NCBI RefSeq assembly: GCF_009914755.1
Contig: NC_060944.1
DNA: 64,000 bases
Source: the human T2T-CHM13v2.0 reference genome, Homo sapiens
Strand: one strand, 5' to 3'
Shown here: in pieces, positions 30,778 to 48,439 of the stretch
Layout: each line of letters starts with the position of its first letter
Numbering within the stretch: position 1 is the first letter of the stretch
Notes under the pieces: generated by a model
What the model was told of the DNA's origin: nothing
Database searches by the model: none
Seen by the model: only the letters and a program-made list of their open reading frames with translations
Position numbers and translations under genes: made by a program

Positions 30778-30919
30778 TGAGAGCTCATTATGTTGGCCAG
30801 GCTGGAGTGCAGTGGCAACTCACAGGTGCAATCACAGCCTCAAACTCTTTGACTCAAGGGATCCTCCTACTTCAGCCTCCAGAGTAGCCGGGATTACAGA
30901 GTGTGCCACTGCACCCGGC
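30778..30919 (-). mobile_element. FAM (fossil Alu monomer, 7SL-derived)
   Basis: gctggagtgcagtggcaactcacaggtgcaatc retains the 7SL-like 'ggctattcacaggcgcgatc' segment absent from dimeric Alus. Confidence 0.75.
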
Positions 30920-30921
30920 AG

Positions 30922-31232
30922 GTTTGTTTTTTTTTTTTGTTTTTTTTTTTTGAGACGGAGTCTTGCTCTGTCACTCAGCCTGGAGTGCAGTGGCGTGATC
31001 TCAGCTTACTGCAACCTCCGCCCCCCAGGTTCAAGTGATTCTCATGCCTCAGCCTCCCAAGTAGCTGGGATTACAGGCACCCGCCACCATGCCCAATTAA
31101 TTTTTCTATTTTTAGTAGAGACGGTATTTCTCCATATTGGCCAGGCTGATTTCGAACTCCTGACCTCAAGTGATCTGCTCGCCTTGGCCTTCGAAAATGC
31201 TGGGATTACAGGCATGAGCCACCTTGCCCAGC
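30922..31232 (-). mobile_element. AluS
   Basis: Full dimer. Confidence 0.95.
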
Positions 31233-31239
31233 AGTGTTT

Positions 31240-31735
31240 TTTTTTTTGTTTTTTTTAATTAAAACCATAATAACATAGTACCAAGATTTGGGAAAACAGG
31301 AAGCAGAAAAAAATTACTCCTGAATATGATTGGGAGCTTGGAGTGTTTCCTTTCACCAGTTTTCCTTTGCTCTTTCTTGCACAGTCATAATTTCTACCGC
31401 ATCATCAGTACTGTCCTGCATTTTTCTCTTAATGTTGTATCGGAAGCTGCCTTCCGTGTCGTTACTGAGGATTCTATTAAATACACGATCAACTCATCCC
31501 TTTTCCTGCTCATGGATATTCCGGCTGTTTCTAGTTTTTGCTATTATGAATAACAGTGCAATGAACATTGCATAAAATGTTCTTCCTGTATTTCAGATGA
31601 TGATGTCTCTTGGGGTGAAGACCCAGGAAGAGAATGCTGGGTAAAAGGCTGTGGCTGCCTTAGAGGCTCTCAGTAAACTTGCCAAACTGCTATGCCAACC
31701 TTTAACCCCCAGCATCCAGGGTGAATGGCAGGAAC
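31240..31735 (-). mobile_element. Old L1 (L1ME-type) fragment
   Basis: atggatattccggctgtttctagtttttgctattatgaataacagtgcaatgaacatt...aatgctgggtaaaagg...ttgccaaactgct. Confidence 0.65.
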
Positions 31736-31776
31736 TGTTTTTTATTTTTCTCTCTCTCTCTATTTGATTTTTAAAA

Positions 31777-32401
<625 letters not shown>

Positions 32402-33119
32402 TGTTTTTTATTTCTCTTAGGTCTGAAGAGCCTGTTCCTTGTGTGTAGGGACTGCTCCCAACTGTCCTCTGTCCATGCATTCATTCATCCTAAGGCGGGA
32501 GGCAGAATAGGGCTGTGGTGTCAGGCTGCCTGGGTTCAAACCAGCCTCCCCTCTTAACCACCTTGTGTCCACTTCCTCAGCTGTAAAGTGAACATCATGA
32601 CAGGGAGCTACCTCACAGGGTCCCTGTGAGGCTTTCTGTGCATGAAAGCATGGAAGACACTTGAAATACTACGGTAAGCCAGGATGACAATGGTCAGGCC
32701 TAGAGAGAGGAAGGGGCTGATCTCTCACCACCTAGTGATGCAGGGGCAGAGCTGAGGCCAGAATCAGGCTTCCTGCCTCCAGTGCTCTCTTTCCCTGATG
32801 CCAGGCTACTGCTGTGGATGGTGTGGTTTATGGCGTAGGTGGCCCTCTGTTCAAGAATATGTGGGAGGGGTGGAGGGCCTGGATGGATCTATAAGGTGGG
32901 GTCTCTCCCTTTCCTCCCAGAGCCGTCACCTTCTTTCTGGGGTGCTTTCCCCCACAAAGTTATCTCTCTAGGTTAGAGCTTGGGGCCCCAGCTCAGGCCT
33001 GTTCCCCAGAGGTATATCCAGGGGACATCTGGCCCCAAGGAATCTCCCTGGCTAGCCCTTGAGGAGGGCGTTTCAGTCTGGAGGGAAAGGTGAGTTCTGA
33101 GGACCCCTCCCTAGGTGAC

Positions 33120-33593
33120 TGTGTCAGTTTCCTAATGCTGCCCTAACAAATGACCATATACTTAAAACAACACAAATGGATGACCCTAGACTTCTAGAGG
33201 TCAAAATCTGAAAATGGACCTTATGGGGCCGAAGTCAGGGTGTTGGCAGAGCTGCTAGGGGAGGATCCTCACCTGGCCTTTTCCAGCTCTCCAGGCCACC
33301 CACATGCCTTGGTTCATGGCCCCTTCTAGTAGCTGGGTCCCTCCCACCTCTGCCTCCGTCATCATATCTCCTCCGATTCCCCCAAATCCCCTTTTGACTT
33401 ACAAGAACCCCTGTGGTTACATTGAGCCCATTCAGATAATCTAGGACCATTCTCCATCTCAAAACTCTTTACCTAATCACCTGTGCAAGGTCCCTTTTGC
33501 CACGTGAGGTAACATATTCACCTGATTCTGGGGATGAAGACATGGACATCTTTGTGGGCGGGGGGGGGGGGGCGCATTATTATGCCTGCCACA
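33120..33593 (-). mobile_element. MLT1C/D-type MaLR solo LTR
   Basis: Minus strand begins tgtggcaggcataataatg...aaagatgtccatgtc...gaatatgttacctcacgtggcaaaaggga; TG...CA termini. Confidence 0.8.
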
Positions 33594-34567
33594 GCAGCCA
33601 GTAGCAAAGATCTCTCTGGATTACTGGACCCCCAGGTCCTGCTGGAATTGTACCACTAGCCTCCAAGATGGAGGGAGGGCTTGGGGGTCCAGGCCTGATA
33701 TGCTGTGGCCGGGGAGGGGTATGAGAGATTCTGTATGATGGGGGGCCCGGAAGGAAGGCAGTGCACCTGTGATAGTGTGATAAATGTGTTCAGTGAGGCA
33801 GACATTGGGAAATGTCACCCCTGGCCTTCAGAGGTAGTCCTGGTAGGTGTGGGACCCACTGTGAGGCACTGCCACAGAAAGCCAAGCAGCACCCGCTCCA
33901 CACACCACCATCACTGCTGTGTGTGTACACGTGCTTGTGGGTGTGTGCACTCATCTGTGTCTCTGCATGAATACTCTTGGGAGGGCCAAGGAACAACTCT
34001 TGAAAAAGGTCCTTTCTGCTCTTGTTCTAAGAAAAATAATTACACAAGTGACTAATTTTATCCCTAATCCCATAATTACTTTATTATGTAGCTGGTGAGA
34101 GGGCCCGAGCTGTGCCTTTGGCTCCACTCTGGCTGTTAGCCCAGTTGGCCTGGTCCACCAGCGTTGAGCCCCGCCTTGTTTCTGGCCTGGGACTGCCATG
34201 AGGGCAAGATGAGTTCCATTCTGGCTGAGATCCAACTACCCTTTGGTATTTGGGGTCTGAAAAGACCACCATTTCTTCCCACCAAGCCCATGCACAAAGT
34301 AAGAGCTTGTGTTTAGGGAATTAAGTCAGTAGATTCAAGAGATCTGGGTTCTAGTTCACCCCTCTCATTAACTTGCTCCCTGACCTTGAGCATGCCATTT
34401 CCCTCTGGATCTCAGATCTGTTGTCTGTGATACAGGGCCCTGGCCAGCTTAACACTCCATGATTCCATGAGGAGAAATGGGAAGACTAGAGCTTTGAGAC
34501 AGAGGTACCTTCTTGCTACCTGCTGAAAACATACCCCAATCATAGCATTAAAGATAATATTAATAGT

Positions 34568-34866
34568 AGCTGGGCACAGTGGCTCATGCCTATAATCCCA
34601 GCACTTTGGGAGGCCGATGCAGGCGTATAGCTTGAGCTCACGAGTTTGAGACCAGCCTGGGCAATATGCAAACCCTGTCTCTACAAAAAATACAAAAATT
34701 ACCTGGGCGTGGTGGCATGCGCCTCTGTGGTCCCAACTACTCAGGAGGCTGAGGCGGGAGGATCGCTTGAGCCTAGGAGGTTGAGGCTTGCAGTGAGCCG
34801 AGATCACGCCACTGCATTCCAGCCTGGGCAACAGAGTGAGACCCTGTCAAAAAAAAAAAAAAAAAA
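34568..34866 (+). mobile_element. AluJ
   Basis: gagctcacgagtttgag and ggaggatcgcttgagcc. Confidence 0.95.
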
Positions 34867-35845
34867 GTAACAATAATATCCATCATTACTTGATAGCAAA
34901 CCTTGTACCTGATTCTTCATTTATATTTTTCTCATTCTATACTTGGATGACTAGGTGAGGTAGGTTTTACGGAAGAGGAAGCTGAACCAGCAGTTGATAA
35001 AGTGACTCACCTGTCATGAAATGGCAGAGGTAGGACTGTAGCCTATGCTCTTAGCCTCTGCCTCCATTGTCTTTTTCTACTGTATAAATAAATGAAGGGC
35101 CACTCAGCTAGGAAGTGGCGGGGCTGGGATTTGAACCCAGGTCTGTCTGTCTCCAAAGTTCTTGCCACCTCCCAGAATTAGGCTTCCAGGGGTGATTATA
35201 CTCTTGAACTTCAAATATGTAAACTTAAGCTTGACACAACAAGAAATAGCGATGGTGAAATAAATTGGAAACTCCAGTAGACCAGAGAGTTGGTAGCCCG
35301 AGGTTGTGTTCTAGCTTTGCCACTGGCTCACGCTGTGAACTTAAGCAGATCCCCACTAATCCCTAGGCCTCAGTGTTCCCATGTACACGAGGGGTGGGAT
35401 TCGATGGTATCCAAAGGCCTTCCTGGTATTGATGGTTTGACATTCTAGGCCATCTGGTCCCAGAAGGTACTGTGGGGCAGGAGACCAGCTCATGGTGGAG
35501 ACCAAAGGGTGGGTGAGTTGGCAGCCCTAGTTTTTTCTATTACATTTATTCCCACGAGAATAGAGATTGCTTGGACTGTGTCCCACTGAACATTTGCAGA
35601 ACAACTTACCCAGGCCATGGAGTTGAGAATAAAGAGTGGAGGAGGTAGTTTCCAGGCTGTTCCTGCAAGGTTACTGCCCAGCCTGGGCTATTAGCTCCTC
35701 AGGGGTCCAGGTCTGTCATCTACCTTGCTCCAAAGGCTGCATTGGTCTCAGGTAGGCAGAAGCAATGGCTGCACGTCTGTCTGTGGGAGTCTGTGAGGGT
35801 GCCTAAGCATAATAAATAAGAACACTATTTTGTGTTTTCTCTGTC

Positions 35846-36155
35846 TTTTTTTTTTTTTTTTTTTTTTTTTGAACCAGGGTCCCACTCTGTTGCCCAGGCT
35901 AGAGTGCAGTGGCTTGATCACGGCCCACTGCATGCAACCTCCACCTCCTGGGTTCAAGTGATTATCCTGCCTCAGCCTCCCGAGTAGCTGGGATTACAGG
36001 TGCATGCGACCACATCTGGCTAACTTTTGTATTTTTAGTAGAGACAGGGTTTTGCATGTTGGTCAGGATGGTCTCAAACTCCTGGCCTCAAGTGACCCGA
36101 CCACCTCGGCCTCCCAAAGTGCTGGGATTACAGGCGTGAGCCACTGCACCCAGCC
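35846..36155 (-). mobile_element. AluS
   Basis: Full dimer. Confidence 0.95.
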
Positions 36156-36983
36156 TACTTTGTATTGTCTATTATCACGGCCTGCAACCCACTTTCCTTG
36201 AAATATTACGTTTACTTCTCTTAAAACCATATGAGGTATGTATATGGTCATTCCCATTGTACAGTTGAAGAAACTGAGACTCAAAAGGTTAAGTACTTTC
36301 CTTCAGATCACACAATCAGTGAGGGATAGAGGGGGATTTGGGATTCTGCCTCCAGAGCCCACGGTCTTGGCCTTAGGGACTGATACCACATGGGCCGAAG
36401 CAATAAGCATGAGGTCAGGAGTCAGCGGGTTTGGAATCCCCCCTCTGCTCACCATCTGTGTTTCCTTGGGCAAGTTACTTTATCTGTCTGGATTTCCGTT
36501 TCTCTCTCCATAAAATGGGTATATTAATACCTGCCAGTTGGGATTGATTTAAAGGTCACTGAGATGATGGGAAGTGCAAGTGTCTAGCCTGTGGGCTTTC
36601 ACCTCTTGCCCCTGCCTCCTTCCTGCTTCCCTCTACATATCTGAGGCTCTGGCCACCCTGGAGGTCTCCCACGCATAGCTCTTAGCTTAGGCCTTTGCAC
36701 AAGCTGCTCTTCTGCCTGAAAGTTGCTGTCTCTGCCTGTTGTTGTAAAGATAGACTTCCTTCACATCTAGACTTCGATCCTTTACTGTTTCCTTGAGGAT
36801 TCTGGAAAGGGGAAGGGGTGAGGTAGGTTCTCCCACAGGCCTGTTCAGTGATTATCAGGACAACCCCTCGGTAGGGGCAGAATTGAGGGTAGCAGGTAGG
36901 GTCCTGAACACCCTGGAAATATAAATCCCTCCAGAAAATTTCCTCCCTTTATACTTGACAGCTTAGGAAGGGCGTGCATATGA

Positions 36984-37473
<490 letters not shown>

Positions 37474-37571
37474 ATCTTAACCATTTTTAAGTAAGTGTAC
37501 ACTTCAGTAGTGTTGGGTAGGTTCATATTGTGTAACACCATCACTACCACCATCTTCAGAACTTTTAAATC

Positions 37572-37863
37572 TTTTTTCTTTCTTTTTTTTTTTTTAGAGA
37601 TGGTGTCTCGCTCTGTTGCCTAGGCCTGAGTACACAGGTGCAATCATAGCTCACTCCATCCTTGAACTCCTGAACTTCAGCAGTCCACCTGCCTCAGCCT
37701 CCTGAGTAGCTGGGGCTACAGGTGCATACCGTGGTACCTGACTAATTTTTTTTTTTGTAAAAATGGGGTTCTTCTTTTGTTGCCCAGGCTGGTCTTGAAC
37801 TCTTGGCTTCAAGTAATCCTCCTGCCCTGGCCTCCCAAAGTAACGGGATTACAGGTGTGAGCC
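37572..37863 (-). mobile_element. AluJ
   Basis: Diverged dimer. Confidence 0.9.
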
Positions 37864-37894
37864 TGAATTTTTTAATTTTTTAAAATTTACTTTT

Positions 37895-38829
<935 letters not shown>

Positions 38830-39255
38830 TGAAAAAAGTGAAACTATATCCATTAAACAATAACTCCCATTTCCTCCTCCCCCAACCTGTGGCAGCTGCC
38901 ATTCTCCTTTCTGTAACTGCAAATTGGACTAGATACCTCAGATAAGTGGAATCATACAGTGTTTGTCTTTTTGTGACTGGCTTTTGTTACTTAGTATAAT
39001 GTCCTCAAGTTCACCCATGTTGTCATATGTATCAGAATTCCCTTCCTTTCTAAAGCTGAATAATATTCCATTGTATATATGTACAACATTTTGTTTATCC
39101 ACTCATCTGTCGATGGACACTTGTTGCTTCCACCTCTTGGCTATGTGAATAATGCTGCTATGGCCTTGGCTGTACAGAGATCTCTTTGACACCTTGCTTT
39201 CAATTATTTTGGATATAGCCTCAGAAGTGGAATTGCTGGGTTGTATGGTTAGCAC

Positions 39256-39554
39256 TTTTTTTTTTTTTTTTTTTGAGACAAGAGTCTCGCTCTGTCAGCC
39301 AGGCTGGAGTGCAGTGGCACGATCTCAGGCTCACTGCAGCCTCTGCCTCCCAGGTTCAAGCAGTTCTCCTGCCTCAGCCTCCCGAGTAGCTGGGATTACA
39401 GCTTCTCCACCCCGCCCGCTAATTTTTGCATTTTTAGTAGAGACAGGGTTTCACCATGTTGGCCAGGCTGGTCTCGACTCCCAGCCTCAGGTGATCTGCC
39501 CGCCTCAGCCTCCCAAAGTGCTGGGATCACAGGCATGAGCCACCACATCCAGCC
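39256..39554 (-). mobile_element. AluS
   Basis: Dimer with poly-T; TSD agcac. Confidence 0.9.
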
Positions 39555-40705
39555 AGCACATTTTTTAAAGCCACTATTTATTGCATGCTTAATATGTGCC
39601 AGGAACTGGGTTAATGATTTGACATATATTGCCTCACTCAATCCCTGCGTCCACTCTGAGTAGTAGGAAGAATTATCCCCAGTTTGTAGCTGAGAAAATA
39701 AAGACTCAGAGAGGTTAAGTTATTTGCTCAAAGTCTCACAGCTAGGAAGCTTTGGAACATGCACTGGAGCTTTGACCTGCCGCCAAAGCCTTGCTTTTAA
39801 CTATTGTGACATGCTGCCTCCCAGTGGCCTCTCTCTCCACCTGTCTATAGAATTTTCTGCCTCTGTTGTGTCCCATTTTTTTTTTCTCTCTTGCCTTGTG
39901 TGTGTTCACTCTCTCTGGAAACTTTGAACAACTTAAGTAAAGGCCCTTTGACTGCCAAGAAGTTTTGTGAGTTGGAAACTTAGAGCGGGAGGCCTGTAAT
40001 TTGCTTTCTAATCATGGTCCTCTGGATTTATAGCTGCCTGTCTCCCAGTGACTGACAGGCTCTTATTCAGCCTCTTGTGGTGATTGCCTTGTGGATCCAC
40101 AGAAAGCCGGCCCAAGAGGGCCAGCTTCCTGGGTACAGGGACGCTGTACCCCCAGAGAGGCAGTGTGGGAAGGGAGACGGCCCGGCTAGGCCAACGAGGA
40201 TTCTCTTGGCTCACTGATTTCCTAGCAACAACAGAGGCAGAAAATTTTACAGAAAGGTGGGAAAAGAAAGGCTATGAAGTAGATTCCAGTACAATTGCCT
40301 TTTTCTGATTTTCAAAACTATCAGAGCAAAAATATTCCTAAATTTGTTTCGAGTTTTATAAGTTCAAGCCAGACTTACGGTTTGCATGATAGTCAGTTAT
40401 CTTTCTGTCATCCTTTAAAAAAAATTTTTTTGTTATGCAAAATTTCAAACATACATAAAAATAAAGAGTATAGTGTAATGCACTTCTGTGAACCCATTGC
40501 CTAGGTTTAGCAATGATTAATACATAGAGTCACAGCTTGTCTATCCAATAACACAGAAGTTTAAATTTTTCCTCATTCACAGCACTAGCTCAGCGCTTCA
40601 GACCTAGTTGTTGCTCAGTAAATAAATAGATGCTGACTGATTACAAAGCCCTTCCCCTCTCTGGGTCTCAGTTTCCCCATCTGTGCAGTAAAGGGATAGG
40701 ATTAA

Positions 40706-41379
<674 letters not shown>

Positions 41380-42689
41380 TAAGAGACATGGTAGTCAAAG
41401 TATACACTTGGATGTCAGACACAATTGTTTTTCCATTTATTAGCTAGGTATCTTCAGGCAAGCTGAGTCTCAGTTTTCTCATCTGTAAAGTGGGGATATG
41501 ACTTCTCAAGGGTGGTTGTAAGCACTGAATAAAGTAGCTGTTTTGTTGCTAATACTTTTATTATTGCTATTTTGAATATTAATATTCTGGTTGGAAGAAT
41601 CCGTGTATTTCAGAAATGCAAAAATAAAATTGGAATGGACTAGAATTCATGCCCTAGGATTTGGCTTCTTTTTTTGTCCCAGTCAGCAGATAATCAGAAG
41701 CCCAAGAAATGAATAGTGCAAGAGGAGGCCCAGAGTGAGGGCCATCCAGGCTGATTTCATCTCCTCTCTTCCCCTGCCCCTGCCGTGTGTGGGTGTCACA
41801 GCCCCCACCCCCATGAGAGAGCCCGACTAGCCACCCCCTCCCCTAATGAGACAGGCCCAAGATGGAAGAGCCCACAGGTGGAGAGGGTGGTGCTGCAGGA
41901 TGTCTCGTTGCTAAGATTTCCGAGGAGGCAGCAAGAGCCTGTTTCCAAAGCTGGGAGGGAATGATGGGCTGATGAGTAGATGTAGGGCATGTGGCCCCAG
42001 ATGGGGTTTTGTGGGATTCTGGGCAAGGGACAGCAGCTGGGAGAAGGCGCTGGGGGCAGGAGGAGGGTCTTTGTAGAATATGGCCCCTTTCATAGACTGT
42101 GGGCTCAGGATTACGTGTTCATTTCTTCCATTTACCTCCTTATCTGTCAATATCAGACCTGCATGTGAATCCTGATTCACTCTATGACCTTTGGCAAGTG
42201 TTGTGCTGCTGTACTTGCTGGCCCTCAGTTTTCTCACCAATGGGAGGGCTAAGTGAAACATGTATAATAAAGTGCTCTGTAAAAAGGAAGACAAAGTAGA
42301 AATGTGAAGGTTCACTACGACTGTCATCTTTATTATTTTTTTTTTCTTTTACTGTCAGATGAGGGAATGGGACTCTGTTAGGTTTCTATGCATGAATAGG
42401 GAGCCCTGGAGGGTACTTCCGCTGTGAGGGCCTGTGTCAGGAGACTGTGGGAATTGGCTAGATGGGCCCCATTAGTGAAACTCCAGGGAACAACTGAAGA
42501 GGGCAGCAAAGTTCAAAGCCAGAGAGGCAGCCCAAGGGGGGCTGTGGTTGCTGAAAGGTGGGGGCTCTAGTGAGATTCTAGGAGGGACCTTCAATGGTTC
42601 AGGCCAGAAGCTTTGAGAGAGGTGAAGGTAACAGACCTTTCTTATATAAATATGTTTACACATATATACCAGAAAGTAAGCAACAAAAC

Positions 42690-43490
<801 letters not shown>

Positions 43491-44123
43491 CAACGATGAA
43501 AGATGAAACCAGTTGATAGCTGCATTGACACTGTCTGAATCTGCCCAATTTATTGGCGGCTCATTATCTTAATAACCCGGCAGCGGTAGCTTAGTGGGTG
43601 GGAGGCTCACTTGCACGGATTGGGCGGAGGGAGGCATCAATAGCCACTCTAAAAGGACTTTGCAAAGAGAGGCCCCTGGGTGGCCTGATGGGGCTGGGTT
43701 GGACTGTGTTGAAGGGGCTTACCTGCCCGGGCTGTGCTGTGCTGTGCTGTGTTGGCCCGACTGTATTGGTTATGGGAGGCTGTGCTGGGCAGTTGGGCTG
43801 GGTTGGCTGCACTGGCTCAGGCCTGGCAGTCTTGTCCCTGGTGTGATCCTGGGCTCAGCCTGGTGTGATCAGCGTAGTCACCAATCCAAGACATTCATTC
43901 TAGAAGCTGGCATGGCCTCCGTGGCCATGCTGACAGACTTGTCCATTCACGTAGTGGAGAGTGATTCATCAGAGCTGGTGGTGGCAGCAGTAACTCTGAC
44001 AGAGTGGAACTGCTCTCACCATCCTGTCACTTGGCCTCTAAAAATAACTCCTGCCGGTTCCGAGTGACCGCACCGCCAGGTGTCTGGAGGTGCAGTCCTG
44101 TGGTTGTGGCTATGTGAGGGAGG

Positions 44124-44130
<7 letters not shown>

Positions 44131-44175
<45 letters not shown>
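44131..44175. repeat. (TG)n microsatellite
   Basis: About 22 perfect units. Confidence 0.95.
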
Positions 44176-44176
<1 letters not shown>

Positions 44177-44589
44177 GGGGATAGAGGTGCCATCTGGGGG
44201 CCTCTTGATTGGTTGACCTCTGAGCCAGGGCTTTGGGGTGGGAGTATGAGAGGCAGACCAGGCTCGCTCTTTTCTACCCTCTCATAGCTGGGGACAGAGA
44301 CAGCTAGTGGGGGTAGCAGTATTTTTCAGGACTGTGTGCTCACTCCCTGCTGAAAAAGGGCAGAGAGAGTGGAATGGAGAGGGTGACTTCAGAGGCAATA
44401 TGACAAGGGTGAGGCAGGCTCTGGGGAAGCACAGCATTTAGCCAATCAACATCTATGTCCCACAAAAGCCCACATAAAAGCTCATCGTCTTAGTGAAGTC
44501 TTTAATGTAGGGTTCCTTTAAATTAGATACAAAATACAAAATACACACATATACAGCTAATTTCTTATCGTGGCTGATTAGAGATCATC

Positions 44590-45263
<674 letters not shown>

Positions 45264-45769
45264 TGATGCCCAGCCCAGCGCCCTCTGCCACACAGGACGC
45301 CACCCTCCCCTGCCTGGTTCCTTGAGCCAGGGTCTAGCTACCTACAGTAGGCAGGATCACAGTACCATTTTCCATACCCTCTTGGCTGGCATGGATCCAA
45401 CTGAACAGGCTTGAGGCTTTCAATCACAGTGGGCAGCTGAGCACTCACCTCCAGACCTTCCCACTCCCAGGGGAAAACCCATGGGGCATCTCCTGACTCA
45501 TTCCTTTAGAGGGCATCTTTGCCCAGGACAGTTAAATCTGTCTGTTGACATTCTTATCCTGGTGGGACACTCTCTGATACAGGAAGTGCCTCTGCCTTGT
45601 GGGAAAGGAACTGACCCTCGGGTCCTGGAGGACAGGAAATAGAATGGCTGAGTGGGCCTGGGAATATTATATGATGGAAAGGCAGGAGGTCATAGCTAGT
45701 GGCAAGAGACAGATGCTGTCTCATTGTATATGGGAGGAATTAAACTGCCATAGGAGTGAATAATAGGAC

Positions 45770-45960
45770 TGATAAGTAACATTTATTGAATACTTACTAT
45801 AAGTTAGACACTCTTCTAAGATATTTACATGTATTAGCTCCATTAATCCTTATAATAACTCCATATGGTTATTATAAGGAAACTGAGGCACAAATAGATT
45901 AAGCACATCTAGGAAACAACTGAGCCAGGATATGAAGTCAGGTCCTCTGACTCCAGAGTA
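45770..45960 (-). mobile_element. MIR
   Basis: aacatttattgaatacttactat...aaggaaactgaggcaca. Confidence 0.8.
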
Positions 45961-46009
45961 TACATCACTCTGGAGCCAAAGTGTAGGCTCCTAGCCTCTA
46001 TGCTGGCAG

Positions 46010-46455
46010 ACCTGAAACTCCAGTGTGCGTTAGAATCACAGGAGGGCTGATGAAAGCACTGTTGCTGTTCCAAACCTCCTAGTTTCTGACTCAGTAGGTC
46101 TGTGTGGGGCCTGAGGATTTGTGTACTTAAGAGTTCCCAGATAAGGCTGGGTGCGGTGGATCACGAGGTCAGGAGTTCAAGACCAGCCTGGACAAGATGA
46201 TGAAACCCCCGTCTCTACTAAAAATACAAAAAAATTAGCCGGTTGTGGTGGTGGGTGCCTGTAATCCCAGCTACTTGGGAGGCTGAGGCGGAGAATTGCT
46301 TGAACCTGGGAGGTGAAGGTTGCAGTGAGCTGAGATTGCGATCACACCACTGCACTCCAGCCTGGGCGACAGAGGGAGACTCCATCTCAAAAAAAAAAAA
46401 AAAAAAAGAGTTCCCAGATATTGCTGGTGTTCCAGGGACCACACTTTAGAATCAT
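46010..46455. mobile_element. MER5A interrupted by an Alu
   Basis: agaatcacaggagggctgatgaaa...gtttctgactcagtaggtctg...ggggcctgag...ccagggaccacactttagaa. Confidence 0.75.
46145..46405 (+). mobile_element. AluS with an internal left-arm deletion, inside MER5A
   Basis: 15-bp TSD aagagttcccagata (46129-46143 / 46406-46420). Confidence 0.95.
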
Positions 46456-46660
46456 CCCTGTTTCCTGATAGGAAGAGATGAACAGAGGGAAAAGAAGTGG
46501 TGACTGATCTCACCTGGATTATTGCAATGTCCCACTGTGGTTCCAGGCTTCTCCTTCACTCCGGTCACTGAGTCTTCACCAGGAGCAAATTAATTTTCCT
46601 AAAGCCCAGCTCTAATTATGCCTCTGCTCAAAGCTCTCTGGATCCTCTGACACTATCCAC

Positions 46661-46820
46661 CATTGCTGTCCACTAGAAATGTCTGTAGTGATGAAATGTT
46701 CTACATCTGCACCGTCCAGTATGGTAACCACTAACCACATGTGGCTATGAGTTTTACATTTTGTTCCATTAAATTTAAATTTAAATAATCACATTTGGCC
46801 AGTTGCTAGACAGTGCAGTG
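46661..46820. mobile_element. MER3 (hAT-Charlie) fragment
   Basis: gctgtccactagaaat...gtgatgaaatgttctacatctgcaccgtccagtatggtaaccactaaccacatgtggcta. Confidence 0.7.
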
Positions 46821-47857
46821 CACTTGGTTTGTCATTCAAGGCTCTGCTTGGCACCAGCTCCTTTCTATCTCCTCAGGGATAGCCTCAACCCTCAGTATCC
46901 CAGGCTCCAGGTCATATGCAGCGTTTCCTGATTCTACCTTGTAATTCCCAGCACTATGGCTTGTGTTATGCTCTCTCCTCAGTCTACATTGTCCTTCTGC
47001 CCTGCCTTTAATGCCCAACCCACATATGACCTCTTCCTCGAAACCTCCTTTGACACCTGCTGCTCTCTAATCTTTTTCTCCTCTGAACTCCCCAACACTC
47101 TGTCCTCTTCTTACAACCTTTAGTGCTTTCTGTTTTACATTGCAGTTGGCTGGTGTGGGTACTTTCTCTTACTAAACTGTGAGCTTTTGGAGGATGTGAC
47201 TGTTTTCTGTAGAGAGCTCTTGCTTCCTACTGTAGGTCCCTCCAGGTACACAGAGGAGTTCGACAAATCCCACAAACCTTTGTACTGGCACACTGGGGAT
47301 ACAGAGATCGGTACCATAACTTCCCTGTCCTCAAGCTGCTCACAGGCTTCTACGAGAGTCTGATTCATGCCCAGAGAACCACTGAAGCCAATGGTTATTT
47401 TAGGCAGGGAGATAAAAGCCACAGAGGGCCCAGTTGGCGAGGGGAGTCCGGCAGGAGCTGCCTAAGCAGAAGGCTGTGTTTACATACACAGACGACTTCT
47501 CTGCCCAGCCTGGCCTAGTGTGGGGAGATGGGAACATTCAGGCGTCACTGCCTGGCTGCCTTGTGAAGTTGCGGATTAACCAGTGATGCAGCGGCTGGTC
47601 TAGCCGTCTGGTCCCTGCAGATGGATGGATGAAGAGAGGATTGAAAAGACAGCAGAGCAGTGCCAGCTTCTGGAAGTGAAGTGCTGGCTGGGTGGAGTGG
47701 GCACCTGGGCTGGGAATGTGAGTGCAAGGAAATGTTTGTGATCTGACAGCAGACAGCAGGTGAAATTCTGCTGGGTCTGGCTTGGGGGGTTATGAGGTCT
47801 TCATAACAGTCCCTGTTTTAAATGGAAAAACTGTTGAAAAGAAAAAAAAAAAAAGGA

Positions 47858-48170
47858 GGTCAGGTGCAGTGGGTCATGCCTGTTATCCCAGCACTGTGGG
47901 AGGCCAAGGTGAGTAGAACACTTGAGCTCAGGAGTTTGAGACCAGCCTAGGCAACATGGCAAAACCCTATCTCTACAAAAAATATAAAAATTAGCAGTGC
48001 ATGGTGGTGTACACCTGTAGTCCCAGCTACTTAGGGGGCTGAGGTAGGAGGATTACCTCAGCCCGGGGAAGTTGAGGCTGCAGTGAACCATGATCACACC
48101 ACTGCACTCCAGCATGGGCGACAGAGTGAGACCCTGTCTCAAAACAATAATAACAGCAACAACAAAACAG
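47858..48170 (+). mobile_element. AluJ
   Basis: cttgagctcaggagtttgag and gttgaggctgcagtga. Confidence 0.95.
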
Positions 48171-48439
48171 AGGAAAAAAAGATAGAAACAGCTTTCTGGC
48201 TTTAGACTCTAATCCTAAGAGTATTTTACATCCTGAAAATCTCTAGCATATATTCATCTCTGGGACAAAAACATTAAAAAAAGGAAACTTTATTGATGTT
48301 ATAACATAAACACAGAAAAGTGCACAGATCATAAGTTTACACATACTTGTGTAACTACCCCCCAGACATGAACAGAATATGTCAGTATCTCCAGAATAAA
48401 CCTGTGTGAAGCCCAATGTGTGTAGGATTAATGATAGAA

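Noticed and set aside
33560-33572. G13 homopolymer
   Set aside because: Simple expansion of the C-run near the MLT1 LTR 5' end; nothing suggests function.
43594-44067. 157-aa ORF
   Set aside because: Non-ATG start, built partly on pentamer repeats, no domain resemblance.
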